The position numbers and the translations under genes were made by a program. A DNA stretch of 64,000 bases, from assembly GCA_001661245.1 (NCBI GenBank), contig KV454013.1, positions 1,458,502 through 1,522,501 of the forward strand. The letters run 5' to 3'. The DNA comes from Pachysolen tannophilus NRRL Y-2460. Lineage: Eukaryota. Shown piece by piece: positions 45,206 to 56,669 of this stretch (its first letter is position 1; each line of letters opens with the position of its first letter). Below the pieces are notes generated by a model, which was given only the letters and a program-made list of their open reading frames with translations, did no database searches and was not told the DNA's origin.

Positions 45206-46306
45206 ATGTCCGCTATTAACTTCAGATTTGCAAATTCTTTTAGAAACTTTTCTAGTAGAAGTTTTTATTCAAAGAAGACCATCTTTTCATTAGTTAGTGC
45301 TGTCAGTGCAACAACGGGTGCGGCATATACTTATGAAAGATATTTCAATAGTACCAATGGTGATAATGGTGGGGGAAAGTTTATACCGGGAAAGAAATAT
45401 GCAGCACTGTTTTTAGCTGCTATTCCAGATAAGAATAAAGATTATCAAGAGGTTTATAATGCCATTGCTCAGAAACTTGTAGATCAAGATGATTATGATG
45501 ATGGTAGCTATGGTCCAGTATTGGTCAGATTGGCATGGCACCAATCTGGTACTTTTAGAAAACATCCATCAGGCCCTAAAGGTTGTCCATATTCTGAAAA
45601 TGCTGGTGGTTCATTTGGTGGTACTATGAGATATGAATATGAAGGTTCCAATCCTGCGAATAATGGTTTAGATGTTGCTAGAAAATTTTTGGAAGAATTT
45701 AAGCAAAAATATCCATATATTAGTTATGGTGATTTGTATACTCTTGGTGGAGTAGTTTCTGTTCAAGAATTAGGTGGACCGAAGATACCATGGAGAGCTG
45801 GTAGGAAAGATTTAACAGAAAAGGATCAAGCTCCAAATGGTAGATTGCCTGATGGTGCTAAAGGTGCTGATCATATTAGAGAGCTTTTTGGACCTCATGC
45901 TATGGGTTTTAATGATCAAGAGATTACTGCATTGATTGGTGCTCATTGTTTAGGTAGATGTCATGTTAAAAATAGTGGGTTTGATGGTCCTTGGACTTTT
46001 AGTCCAACTTTTTTCACCAATGATTTTTATAAATTATTAATGGACGGAGATTGGCACATTAGAGAATGGAATGGTTCAAGACAATTTGAAGATGATGCAA
46101 CAAAGAGTCTAATGATGTTACCAGCTGATATGGCAATAAAGACTGATCCTAAATTCCTGAAATATGCTAGGAAATATGCTGATGATCAAGATTTGTTCTT
46201 TAAAGATTTTACTGCTGCATTTGTGAAATTATTGGAATTAGGTATTGAGTTCCCAAAGAATAGTAAAACTTTTAATTTCAAAACTTTAGATGAACAAGAA
46301 CAGTAA
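45206..46306 (+). CDS. CCP1: Cytochrome c peroxidase
   Basis: GSYGPVLVRLAWH, GAHCLG, GFDGPW, LMMLPAD; mitochondrial presequence. Confidence 0.95.
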   Translation: MSAINFRFANSFRNFSSRSFYSKKTIFSLVSAVSATTGAAYTYERYFNSTNGDNGGGKFIPGKKYAALFLAAIPDKNKDYQEVYNAIAQKLVDQDDYDDGSYGPVLVRLAWHQSGTFRKHPSGPKGCPYSENAGGSFGGTMRYEYEGSNPANNGLDVARKFLEEFKQKYPYISYGDLYTLGGVVSVQELGGPKIPWRAGRKDLTEKDQAPNGRLPDGAKGADHIRELFGPHAMGFNDQEITALIGAHCLGRCHVKNSGFDGPWTFSPTFFTNDFYKLLMDGDWHIREWNGSRQFEDDATKSLMMLPADMAIKTDPKFLKYARKYADDQDLFFKDFTAAFVKLLELGIEFPKNSKTFNFKTLDEQEQ

Positions 46307-46506
46307 ATTATTTAATATATATTTTATGAAACATTTTAAAAAAACAATTTTATTTATAATGAAAACAATATTTTATTTATTTATTATTTAGATATTATTT
46401 AAAAAAGATCAAAGATCACCAATCAAACGTAGATACAAGGCCTATATATATATATATATATATTAAAGAAAGAAAGAAAGAAAGAAGAAAAAAAAAAGAA
46501 AATTTT

Positions 46507-47106
46507 TTAAAGAAATTCTTGAGCTTTCTTTCTATAAGCATTACAATCTCTCAACCATTGTCTATACTCTTTCAAAGATCCAATCCGTTCGCCGTAATAA
46601 TCAGGAACTGGATTGGAGAAAGATTGTCTTGAAGCATCAACTCTGTTTTTAATAACATGGTTCAAGAAACTTTTCTGTTTTAACATATATTGATCCAAAA
46701 TTTTTTTATTTTTAATGTTAAATATACCACCTCCAACAAATGGACCAAGTAAATACCCTAACCCAGTACAACTCATCATTCCTAGTACCATAACCATAAA
46801 TGGGTCAAACCCCAAAATCATCTCAGTTGGATCTATCTCAATTTGAGATATATAACCCCATGATAAAGTAGAACCAAATAATGCTGTAAAAATAGATGAA
46901 CCTAAATTTATTCTTCTTTCCTGTTTCCTTAATTTAAGAAACTCTTCCCAACTTAAAACAGGTTGCTTTTCAGTTTCCGAAGAAGATGAATATAACGGTT
47001 TAAAACTATGAAATGTACGCGATTGAAACTTAATCACATTGATTAATGGAATCTTGGAATTGCACACAATTCTGTTAATATTATTAAAACCCACCAATTT
47101 AAGCAT
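46507..47106 (-). CDS. PAM17: Presequence translocase-associated motor subunit
   Basis: LSWEEFLKLRK..NRVDASRQSFSNPVPDYYGERIGSLKEYRQWLRD. Confidence 0.95.
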   Translation of the reverse strand: MLKLVGFNNINRIVCNSKIPLINVIKFQSRTFHSFKPLYSSSSETEKQPVLSWEEFLKLRKQERRINLGSSIFTALFGSTLSWGYISQIEIDPTEMILGFDPFMVMVLGMMSCTGLGYLLGPFVGGGIFNIKNKKILDQYMLKQKSFLNHVIKNRVDASRQSFSNPVPDYYGERIGSLKEYRQWLRDCNAYRKKAQEFL

Positions 47107-47440
47107 TTTTTTTTATATAACTTTTTTTCTTTTTCTTTTTTTTAATTTTTAATTTTTCTTTCAATTAATATTCAACCACTCTTTATCTTTTAACTGAAAT
47201 GAAATTATATTCAAAATATTACAGATATCTATCTATATATATTTATATATATTTATATATTTATTTAAATATTAATATCTTTTATATATAATAGTGATTC
47301 GATGATTTCTATTCAATTTTTCAACACACTCATAAAGAAACTAAAAAAGAAGACCAAAATATTTGGTACGCAATTGCACTAACAAAAAATTACAGTGTAT
47401 TTATTAACTATATAAAGAGCAAAAGAGCAAAAGAACAGAA

Positions 47441-48754
47441 CTAATCTTCAGATGCTTCTAGCAATTGAGGCAAGTTCTTTATGCTTTCGTTTTCGTAGAT
47501 AATTCTATAAGTTGCTTCTAGTAATGGGAAATCGTTAGTACAATTTTTAGCGACCAACAAATCGTGAACTTCTTTTGAAGTGATTAAACCTTGAGCTGAT
47601 TGACCATTTAACAATTCTTTTTCTATTTGCCATGCCGATTTACCTGTACTTGCCATCAGTCTTGCGACTCTAACATTTCTACCACCGTTACAAGTTGTAA
47701 TTAAATCGGCAACTCCTGCTGATTCTTCGGTGAAAGTTGAATCTTGAGATTCGGGGAAAAATTTTTTAGAAAATTTAATTATTTCCACTAAACCGATTCT
47801 CATTATAGCTGATTTTGCATTATCACCCCAACCAAGTCCTTCAACAAAACCTGCAGCCAATGCAACAACATTTTTCAAAGCACCAGCAACAGAAACACCA
47901 GCAACATCTTCAACGACTCTTACATGGAAATAAGGTCTATGGAATGCATGTTTTAAGACAATGGCATCAATGTCTTTACCCTTACCTCTATAATCATTTG
48001 GTAACTTGTAACCAATAGTAGTTTCTGACCATTTTTCTCTAGCAACTTCAGGAGCCAAGTTTGCTCCAGATAATGATCCACAATATATACCTAAAGTATG
48101 AGTAATATAACTACTCAACAATTTACAACCTTCTGCAGTAACTTCTAAACCTTTTAAACATGAAATTGCCCTTGCAGTAGGTTTAACATGACCTTTTAAT
48201 TGCTTACAAACATTTGGTAAAAATTGATGCGGAATGTTAAAAATTAACAAATCTGCATCTTTTGAAGCATCAATTATAGATGGATAAGCAACTAAATTTG
48301 TTGGTAATTTAATTCCAGGTAAATATTTAACATTTTCATGTTTTAAATTAATTATTTCAGTCAATTTCTCATCATTAATCATCTCCTCATATACCCACAT
48401 CTTTACAGTATCATGAAACTCATCAGGTCTATTAGCAACATTCTCAGAAACAACTTTTGCAACAGTAGTGCCCCAATTACCGGACCCTATCACTGCAATT
48501 TGAAATTTCCCATTCAAATTCCCTCCAACAACACCATTATCAGAGTTAAAATTCTTATTATTACCATCAACTGTACCATCAACCATACCATCAACTCTAG
48601 CTGATACCGTACTCATTTTTGAAACACCTTGAGATGCTGATAAAATCAGAGAAAGTTGACGTAATCTCAGGTCAGCACTCGTTTGGAAAGTCGATTGGTT
48701 CATTCTCTCTGCAAACAGTGAAAAAGTACTTTTAATTTGTCTCAAAGCCAACAT
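47441..48754 (-). CDS. GPD1: NAD-dependent glycerol-3-phosphate dehydrogenase (Gpd1/Gpd2)
   Basis: IGSGNWGT, HENVKYLPG, LSGANLA, GALKNVVA, ESAGVADLITTC. First ATG 48754. Confidence 0.93.
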   Translation of the reverse strand: MLALRQIKSTFSLFAERMNQSTFQTSADLRLRQLSLILSASQGVSKMSTVSARVDGMVDGTVDGNNKNFNSDNGVVGGNLNGKFQIAVIGSGNWGTTVAKVVSENVANRPDEFHDTVKMWVYEEMINDEKLTEIINLKHENVKYLPGIKLPTNLVAYPSIIDASKDADLLIFNIPHQFLPNVCKQLKGHVKPTARAISCLKGLEVTAEGCKLLSSYITHTLGIYCGSLSGANLAPEVAREKWSETTIGYKLPNDYRGKGKDIDAIVLKHAFHRPYFHVRVVEDVAGVSVAGALKNVVALAAGFVEGLGWGDNAKSAIMRIGLVEIIKFSKKFFPESQDSTFTEESAGVADLITTCNGGRNVRVARLMASTGKSAWQIEKELLNGQSAQGLITSKEVHDLLVAKNCTNDFPLLEATYRIIYENESIKNLPQLLEASED

Positions 48755-48829
48755 AAAGTCTACTAGACCATAAATTGATAAAGACCAAAAAAAAGAAAAA
48801 TCTAACAAAAAAAAAAAAAAAAAAAAAAA

Positions 48830-49198
48830 NNNNNNNNNNNNNNNNNNNNNNNNNNNNNNNNNNNNNNNNNNNNNNNNNNNNNNNNNNNNNNNNNNNNNNN
48901 NNNNNNNNNNNNNNNNNNNNNNNNNNNNNNNNNNNNNNNNNNNNNNNNNNNNNNNNNNNNNNNNNNNNNNNNNNNNNNNNNNNNNNNNNNNNNNNNNNNN
49001 NNNNNNNNNNNNNNNNNNNNNNNNNNNNNNNNNNNNNNNNNNNNNNNNNNNNNNNNNNNNNNNNNNNNNNNNNNNNNNNNNNNNNNNNNNNNNNNNNNNN
49101 NNNNNNNNNNNNNNNNNNNNNNNNNNNNNNNNNNNNNNNNNNNNNNNNNNNNNNNNNNNNNNNNNNNNNNNNNNNNNNNNNNNNNNNNNNNNNNNNNN
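48830..49198. other. Assembly gap (N run)
   Basis: Run of N. Confidence 0.99.
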
Positions 49199-49600
49199 GT
49201 ATCATGAAACTCATCAGGTCTATTAGCAACATTCTCAGAAACAACTTTTGCAACAGTAGTGCCCCAATTACCGGACCCTATCACTGCAATTTGAAATTTC
49301 CCATTCAAATTCCCTCCAACAACACCATTATCAGAGTTAAAATTCTTATTATTACCATCAACTGTACCATCAACCATACCATCAACTCTAGCTGATACCG
49401 TACTCATTTTTGAAACACCTTGAGATGCTGATAAAATCAGAGAAAGTTGACGTAATCTCAGGTCAGCACTCGTTTGGAAAGTCGATTGGTTCATTCTCTC
49501 TGCAAACAGTGAAAAAGTACTTTTAATTTGTCTCAAAGCCAACATAAAGTCTACTAGACCATAAATTGATAAAGACCAAAAAAAAGAAAAATACTAACAA
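49199..49600. repeat. Near-identical copy of 48408-~48810 (GPD 5' part), probable unmerged contig overlap
   Basis: Sequence after the gap repeats the sequence before the gap up to the same poly-A tract. Confidence 0.9.
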
Positions 49601-50406
49601 AAAAAAAAANAAAAAAATAAAAATAAAATAAAAAAAAAATTGAGATTTTTCAATTCTTAAAAACTATCCCCAAACAGCAACTTTTCAATCAATTATTATT
49701 TTATCAGTCATCAGTCATACTCTTTAAATGCAAGATTTTTCACTGAGTACATTAAACATCATAGAACTCACCGTTTCCTCTTTTGGAAATAAGTATCTTT
49801 AATACCGTTTTCGCGCTGTACACCTGCCGCATTAGGAAGTCAAAGTTTGGGTTTCTTTTAATAAATTTGAAAAGTATCAACTGTTCACATTTCGTTTACC
49901 GAAAAGGTTCCGATGATAAGGATATGACTAGAATATATAGAAATGTGTTATGTGATTTTTTAATGATAAACAAGTGATTTGATCTTGAGAGTTTTGATTT
50001 AGTGTTGTTTGAAAGTTTTCTTTTTTTTTTTGGTTGGTTGAAATTTTTCAAGTTTTGTATGTAACGCGTAGTGGGCAAGGTGGAGGGGAAAGCAAGGGAG
50101 AAGCAAAAGAGAAGAGGGGAGGAAAGGGAAGGAAAGGAAAGGAAAGGAAAGGCGGACGGGCTAGCGGGCAGATGGGCTTTTTCCGGTGGCCACCCAACTA
50201 GCAGCCCCCCCTCCCCCCAGTCCGAGCGCGAGTGTTCAGAGGGGGTGCGGCGGCGATGGCAAGGCTGGCTTTTTACCGGGCTCCCTCTCAGGCTCCCTCC
50301 CAGGCTCCCAGGCTCCCAGCCAGGCGGTAAGCGAAGGAACCAGCCAAACCCATTTTTGGATCTGTAGAGGGAAAATCTCAATGTAAACCAACCAACCAAC
50401 CAGATA

Positions 50407-50448
<42 letters not shown>

Positions 50449-50522
50449 TTTAATTTATATATATTTGAAGTTGAAATTGAGTATTGTTTAATCAATCTAT
50501 TTAAAATTCTAGTCAAATCATT

Positions 50523-51248
50523 ATGGTTAAGCTGATTATAGCCCCATCTATTTTATCTGCGGATTTTGCAAACTTGGGATGTGAATGTCATCGTATGTTT
50601 GATTGTCGTTCTGATTGGATTCATATTGATGTAATGGATGGACATTTTGTACCAAATATTACAATGGGTCCTCCTATAATTAGTTCTTTAAGGAAAGAAA
50701 TCCCAAAAGGTAATAAAGATGGTTCATCACCTAGTTTTTTCGATTGTCATATGATGGTTTCAAACCCTGCTCAATGGGTTCCAGAAATTGCTAAAGCTGG
50801 TGGAGATCAATATACTTTCCATTATGAAGCCACTGAGAATCCATTGGAATTAGTCAAGTTGATTAAACTGAACGGTATGAAGGCTGCATGTGCTATTAAA
50901 CCAGGTACTCCAGTTGATGTTTTATTCCCATTAGCAGAATATTTAGATATGGCATTAATTATGACTGTAGAACCAGGTTTTGGAGGTCAAAAATTTATGG
51001 CAAATATGATGCCAAAAGTTGAAGAATTAAGATTGAAATATCCAACTTTAAACATTCAAGTTGATGGTGGTCTTGGTAGAGATACAATTCCAGCTGCTGC
51101 AAAAGCAGGTGCTAATGTTATTGTTGCTGGAACTTCTGTATTTAAAGCCCAAGATGCAGCTGAAATGATTTTATTTTTACGGTCTCAAGTTGATCAAAAT
51201 TTAAAAGAAAAAGGATTATTAAATGATATCAACTACTATTGTACCTAG
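50523..51248 (+). CDS. RPE1: D-ribulose-5-phosphate 3-epimerase
   Basis: [47 protein letters not shown]. Confidence 0.97.
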   Translation: MVKLIIAPSILSADFANLGCECHRMFDCRSDWIHIDVMDGHFVPNITMGPPIISSLRKEIPKGNKDGSSPSFFDCHMMVSNPAQWVPEIAKAGGDQYTFHYEATENPLELVKLIKLNGMKAACAIKPGTPVDVLFPLAEYLDMALIMTVEPGFGGQKFMANMMPKVEELRLKYPTLNIQVDGGLGRDTIPAAAKAGANVIVAGTSVFKAQDAAEMILFLRSQVDQNLKEKGLLNDINYYCT

Positions 51249-51389
51249 TTAATTCAAATAAACAAAAGTTACCAAAGATGAAATAAAGAAAAGAAAAGAA
51301 AAAAAAATCTCCAACAATATATAATAAAACCCAACAATACCTATCCTATGTAGAAAGAAAGAATTTTAAATAACTTTTCCCCCGCCATT

Positions 51390-51902
51390 CTAAAACGACG
51401 GTCCACCAAGAGTTGTACCTTCAGCACTCGTAGGAACAGTTAAAAATTGCCTTCCATTAGCAACATCCTCCACAAGTTTCCATAACGCTTCTCTAACAGC
51501 ACTGGTAGTACTCTGTTTGGTTTTTATCAGTTTTGACAGTCTCAACAACTCATCATCATTATCTATATCCATCTCATGATTATTATTATTATTATTATTA
51601 TTATTACTAACTAAACCATTTTTAGTTTTACCATTTCTAGCAGCAACATATTTCTTATTTCTCTCAATTTTTTGCAACCTCTTGGCCGATAACGTCTGAT
51701 TCGTCAATATGGAAGATCCAGAAGAAGGTTTTTGCCGATAAAGTGCCAACGCTGAAGATGAACCTGATGGTTTCATAGAAGATCTGCTTGAAGAATTTAC
51801 ACCTTTAGCCCTAATTGCAGCTCTTTTCTTACCAAGCGTCCCTGCCTTCCTATTACGCAAAATATTATCCTTTGGCTTGTTTATAGAGTTTCTCGACGGC
51901 AT
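51390..51902 (-). CDS. ALB1: Pre-60S shuttling factor
   Basis: MPSRNSINKPK start, TLSAKR..KIERN, GTTLG end. RRPE-like AAAATTTTTCA at ~52023. Confidence 0.85.
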   Translation of the reverse strand: MPSRNSINKPKDNILRNRKAGTLGKKRAAIRAKGVNSSSRSSMKPSGSSSALALYRQKPSSGSSILTNQTLSAKRLQKIERNKKYVAARNGKTKNGLVSNNNNNNNNNHEMDIDNDDELLRLSKLIKTKQSTTSAVREALWKLVEDVANGRQFLTVPTSAEGTTLGGPSF

Positions 51903-52228
51903 ATCCAACAACAACAATATTCACTATCCTCTCAAGATAGATTATCCTAACTCCAAAAACAAAAAAAAAAAGAAGGAAAATTTATTTATTTCTTTTATTC
52001 AATCTCTAATCATTTATTAAAGAAAATTTTTCAAATTTGAAATTTTTATGTAATTGAAGAAAAAACAGGTCGTGCGAGAAAATCATAAAATTCAAACCTA
52101 TTTTCAAACCATAAAGAAAATGGAAAGAATTAACCAACAAACCAACAAACCATATATATATATATATATAAATATATATTTCTTGTAGAGTATTAAGAAT
52201 AAGTTGAGAGAAATATTGTGATATAAGA

Positions 52229-52842
52229 ATGTCTCAGTCACAGGTACAGTCACAGTCACAGTCACAGTCGCCGTCAGCTAGTGGGAGCGGTCAGATTGAT
52301 CCGATATCACAAGGAATCCAGGATCTTTATTTGGAAAGTTATGCTTTTACAACTTCTGCTGCTATTGTTGGATCAGTGGATAGTATGTATTAATTTTCAT
52401 TTTTTAAAAGAAAAATTTTTTAGCAGTTTATATTAACAAAGCGGTAACTTTTTTTTTTTTTTTTTTTTGGGTAATAGGAAAAGTATTTGTGCTATTAAGA
52501 GATGGAAGAAATTTGTTTGGTATATTGAGGACTTTTGACCAATATGCGAATTTAGTATTACAAGATACCGTTGAAAGAATTTATTTACCTGATAATAAAT
52601 ATAGCGAAGCTGATAGAGGTGTTTTTTTGATAAGAGGGGAGAATGTTGTAATGTTGGGAGAAATAGATATTGATAAGGAAGATTTACCATTAGAAAAATG
52701 GAATAAAACTAATAATTTTAAAGATGCAGAAGAATATTTAAAAAATAAAAATAATGAAAAAATTGGGAAAGAAGTTAATATTAGTAAGAAAATGGGGAAA
52801 ATTGGATTAACTAGTGATTTTACCAAGACTGATTTGTATTAA
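52229..52842 (+). CDS. LSM1: Sm-like protein Lsm1, 2 exons
   Basis: Exons 52229-52382 and 52478-52842 give [40 protein letters not shown], 172 aa. Confidence 0.95.
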
Positions 52843-53181
52843 ATAATGAGTGGTGATTATAAAGATAAACCCACTTTTTTTTAAAGATAAAAAAATTTTT
52901 TTTTTTTTTTATTTTATTATTTTATTGTTTCATTTTATTAATATTTTCGTCTCTTTTAATAATAATAAAGAAAAAAATTAACTTGAATTGAAATAAAGGA
53001 TTGTGAAAAGGAAAGAATAAATTTTTGGTGAAAAGTGCTTCTCAAATAAAAGGAAATCAAATCTAATCTAAGAAATGTCTAAAAAGAAAATATCAAAAGA
53101 TGTAACGGGTAAAAGAAGGTTCAAAAGTAAAAATAATAATAATAATAATAGTAAAAAAAAAAATTTAATAGTCTGTCAGGA

Positions 53182-54159
53182 TCAACCTAAAGCAGCTGCA
53201 AAAAGATTCTCTGTCTCGTAAGCTATACCAATTGGAGCATCATAATCGATTGAGAAAACATCGATTGATGCATAACAACCTGAAGCTAATAAAGCTGTTC
53301 CTGAAGTCAATGAACAATTACCATTCAAACAATTACCATCTGGAGCGGTATATTTTGAAGTTGTACCTAATAAACCAGTTGCATTATCATAAGTGACAAA
53401 AGTTGAAGTTTCTTTTGATCCAGTAAAACGAGTAAAGACATATTTTGGATCAGTACAATTTGTTGAAGAATCAGTTCCAACATTTGGAAAATTTACATTT
53501 AAACCAATTGATAATGGTAAAGTTCTTGAATTTACTCCTTGTTTTGTGAAAAGAACATCAGCTAATTGAACAACTTTTTGACCTAATATATTTGAAGGAT
53601 TATCTGTATCATTATTTAAAGAATCTTTAAAAAATGAATTATTTGTCATTGATCCTGAAAAGGCAATTCCTGGATAACCTCTTAAAACTGCATTATAAGT
53701 AGCAGCAATAGTACCTGAATAAGTATAAGCACCTGAACCAATATTAGTACCTTCATTTGGACCTGCAACAACTAAATCAATAGTAATATTAGGGAAATAA
53801 CGAGGAATAACATAATCTAATGCAAAACCAACACAAGCTGCAGGAGTACCATTCAAATACCAAATATGATCATTAGTTGGCTCATAACTAAATGATGGAG
53901 CACCAGCTGGTGGATATGAAAACTCACCATCGGTTAATAAAGTTGTAGTATCTGGCAATTCATAACGACCACCCCAACCTGATCTTTGAGAAGCAGGTGC
54001 AACTAAAAAAACATTATGACCAGCATCGGTCAAAGCATTATAAGCAGCCCTAATATTTGTTGAGGCCCAACCATCATCATTAGTCAATATGATGTTTTTA
54101 GCATAACAAGTAGAGGCCAAGAGTGCAATTGCAGAACTGAAAACTGAAGCTACCTTCAT
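53182..54159 (-). CDS. Secreted SurE-family acid phosphatase/nucleotidase
   Basis: Signal peptide, ILTNDDG, VAPASQRSG, GTPAAC, GPNEGTN, SGT. CACGTG (Pho4-type) at 54748 upstream. Confidence 0.92.
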   Translation of the reverse strand: MKVASVFSSAIALLASTCYAKNIILTNDDGWASTNIRAAYNALTDAGHNVFLVAPASQRSGWGGRYELPDTTTLLTDGEFSYPPAGAPSFSYEPTNDHIWYLNGTPAACVGFALDYVIPRYFPNITIDLVVAGPNEGTNIGSGAYTYSGTIAATYNAVLRGYPGIAFSGSMTNNSFFKDSLNNDTDNPSNILGQKVVQLADVLFTKQGVNSRTLPLSIGLNVNFPNVGTDSSTNCTDPKYVFTRFTGSKETSTFVTYDNATGLLGTTSKYTAPDGNCLNGNCSLTSGTALLASGCYASIDVFSIDYDAPIGIAYETENLFAAALG

Positions 54160-55637
54160 TTTTCCTAATAGCTAATGAGTACACAGAAACACAACCTGAA
54201 AGAAAAAAAAAAAAAAGAGTGAGTATGTTTAACGGTATTTATATCTTTTATATTTTACATCCAGAGAGATCAATTAAAGAATGGCCTTTTCCCCTAATTA
54301 CCAAAATCAAAAAAAAAGAAGAGAAGTAGTTTGAGCCAATCATGTGAAAAATACATTAGTTACATTAGTCAAAAATTTTTTTTTAAAGCTCCATCCACCC
54401 CCCAAAGTCTGTTAGATTTTCTTTTATCCGCGAATCATCAACGCACAATATAATAATAATAATAATAATAATTAAAATAATTGCAAAATAAAAAAACTTA
54501 ATTATCGAGGGATACATGTGTTTTCAATTGAATAAATGATGAATTTCGGTTTTTTTTTTTAAAAAGAATCAAGTTTGCATTATAATACATTTTGAACTCA
54601 AAAATCTAACTCAAACGTAATTTGATTCGCAATAAACCATCATTAGATGCACCAATGGTGCATATTTAATTGTTCTTGTTTCCACATATCTTCAGCCTTA
54701 GTGAAAAAAGGAATTAACCGATGAGAAAGTAAATAAATATGGAGACACACGTGTATACATTCATTTGTGTCACCAAATATATATATATGTAGATATATAG
54801 ACAGATACAAGTATATGTATATGTATAATATGTATTTTAAAAAACTTTAAGCAGCATGAGCCGCACATACGACGGGGGAGGTTAAAAAAACAAAAAAATT
54901 AAATAAAAAAAAAATTCTTGATTCCTCGTGGTTAAAACAATAGTTTTTTTTTATTTAATCTTAATAACCTCGAGTTCACAAAAAAGGTAATTAATTTTAA
55001 TTATAGATCCAGTTTAGGAATAGTGCGATGTTGAATTAAATTGAATCAATATGAGGTGAGACTTTTAAAATGAGATAGATGCTTATATTGAATTTACAAA
55101 TATAATGCTGCGGCTTAGAGTAATAAAGTTTAAATTGTTTTTTTTTTTTTTTTTTATTTATCAATTTAATTTACAATAAGATTGCAAGACAAGACGGAAA
55201 GAAGGTATTAATTATTGACTATTTTTAGTAAGTAGTGTTTAGTTCACATGAGCCCGGACGTAAAGAGTTAATTGGTGTGAAGGCGCACTACTTTTGTTTT
55301 TTCTTTTAATCTTCCTCCACTTGGTCTCCACCTTCCGTTTTATAACAGTTTGTGTGCTTTACGCACTACCACAATAATATAAAATTTTTTTTCTTTTTGT
55401 CTTTTGTCTTTTGTACCGTTGTTGAAAAGAAAAAAAATTTTTTTCTTCCTTTTTTCTTTTTCTCTTTTAAGAAACCTGGTATTAAAGATTTATTAATAAG
55501 AGAAAGTTTTCTTTTATTTTTTACTTTTTTCATTTTTCATTGATCTTATAAATTGATTACGATTTAAATCTTTTTATATTGGATAATGAACAAGTATTGT
55601 TTTTTTACTTTTTTTTTTTGAATGAAAATTGTTGAAT

Positions 55638-55720
55638 ATATATGATGAGAGAAATATAACACAGACCTGTACTGATTCTTTTGAATGTGCGGATAAACTA
55701 TATTGCCTAACGCTGATATG
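55638..55720 (+). ncRNA. SNR56: Box C/D snoRNA snR56 (18S rRNA Gm guide, U25 family)
   Basis: Box C ATGATGA at 55642, guide AACACAGACCTGT followed by A-CTGA (D' 55672), box D CTGA at 55713. The guide is complementary to 18S ACAGGUCUGUG. Confidence 0.9.
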
Positions 55721-56058
55721 ATGTTATAACAATTTTTGTAAATAATAGATTTAAATTATAGAGAGAGATTACTAACTTATGGTAGTTTATTAGTATAGGA
55801 TAATAAAGGAATTGATTTTTATTTAAATTTATAAATGTAGTAAAATTTTGAACTTATACTTGTAGTTGTACTTGTAGTTATACTTTTTACCTATTCTTAC
55901 AAATTTTTTTTTTTTTTTTCAAAAAAGAGAAATCATATTTTCATTTTAATTTTTATATATATAGCACAAAAAAACCAAAGAAAAATCAAGGGACAAATTA
56001 ATAAAGAAAAGAAAAGAAAAGAAAAAAGAAGAAACTTCTTTTTTTATTTTTTATTTTC

Positions 56059-56661
56059 TTATTTCTTTGCAGTTAATCTTCTCAAGTAAAAGGCTAATTC
56101 TTCACCTTCCAAGATGTAACCATCACATCTACCTGATTGACCTGGTCTTGATGAAATGCAAGCGTATAATCTACCAGCACCGAATTGGGAATCAACAGCA
56201 GCTTCAGCTTTTGCACCTGCTGCTCTTGAAGCCAATTTTCTTTCAACTTTTCTAGATTTTTTAACTTCTTCTTCAGCGGCAGCATTCTTCTTCTTACCTA
56301 AAGCTTGACCGTAATGAGTTTCATACCATTGTCTGAATGGAGTAGCATCAATTTGAACAATAGCAGATTTGGTTAAAGTATTGGTTCTAACCAACTCATT
56401 GTTAGATGGATGATAAACAACACCTACAATTCTAGTTTTTCTTGAAACACCTTCTGAAGCCCATGAAAAGTTACCAGTTTCAACTCTTAAAGCTCTGAAT
56501 TTTTGGTTACCTCCTCTGGTTCTAACAGTATGAATTCTCTTGGTACCAATTCTGGTGTTTGCACCTTGACGGCCTAATTCAAACTTTCTCTTCTTTCTGT
56601 ATTGAGCACGTTTAGCACCAGTTGCTGAACGCTTGTGTCTTGAATCACGAGAAATACCCAT
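56059..56661 (-). CDS. RPS8: 40S ribosomal protein S8 (eS8)
   Basis: [18 protein letters not shown]...[16 protein letters not shown]. Confidence 0.98.
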   Translation of the reverse strand: MGISRDSRHKRSATGAKRAQYRKKRKFELGRQGANTRIGTKRIHTVRTRGGNQKFRALRVETGNFSWASEGVSRKTRIVGVVYHPSNNELVRTNTLTKSAIVQIDATPFRQWYETHYGQALGKKKNAAAEEEVKKSRKVERKLASRAAGAKAEAAVDSQFGAGRLYACISSRPGQSGRCDGYILEGEELAFYLRRLTAKK

Positions 56662-56669
56662 CTTGTATA

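Noticed and set aside
49199..49600. Apparent tandem second GPD gene
   Set aside because: It is near-identical to the sequence just before the N-gap and ends at the same poly-A tract. An unmerged contig overlap explains it best; long reads would settle it.
51200..51290. Cryptic peroxisomal PTS1 by stop read-through in RPE1 (also checked FMP41, FUM1, GPD)
   Set aside because: No TGA-CTA context, and the read-through extensions do not end in an SKL-like tripeptide.
52235..52268. Tandem CAGTCACA (Homol-D-like) repeats
   Set aside because: They lie inside LSM1 exon 1 and encode an SQ repeat.
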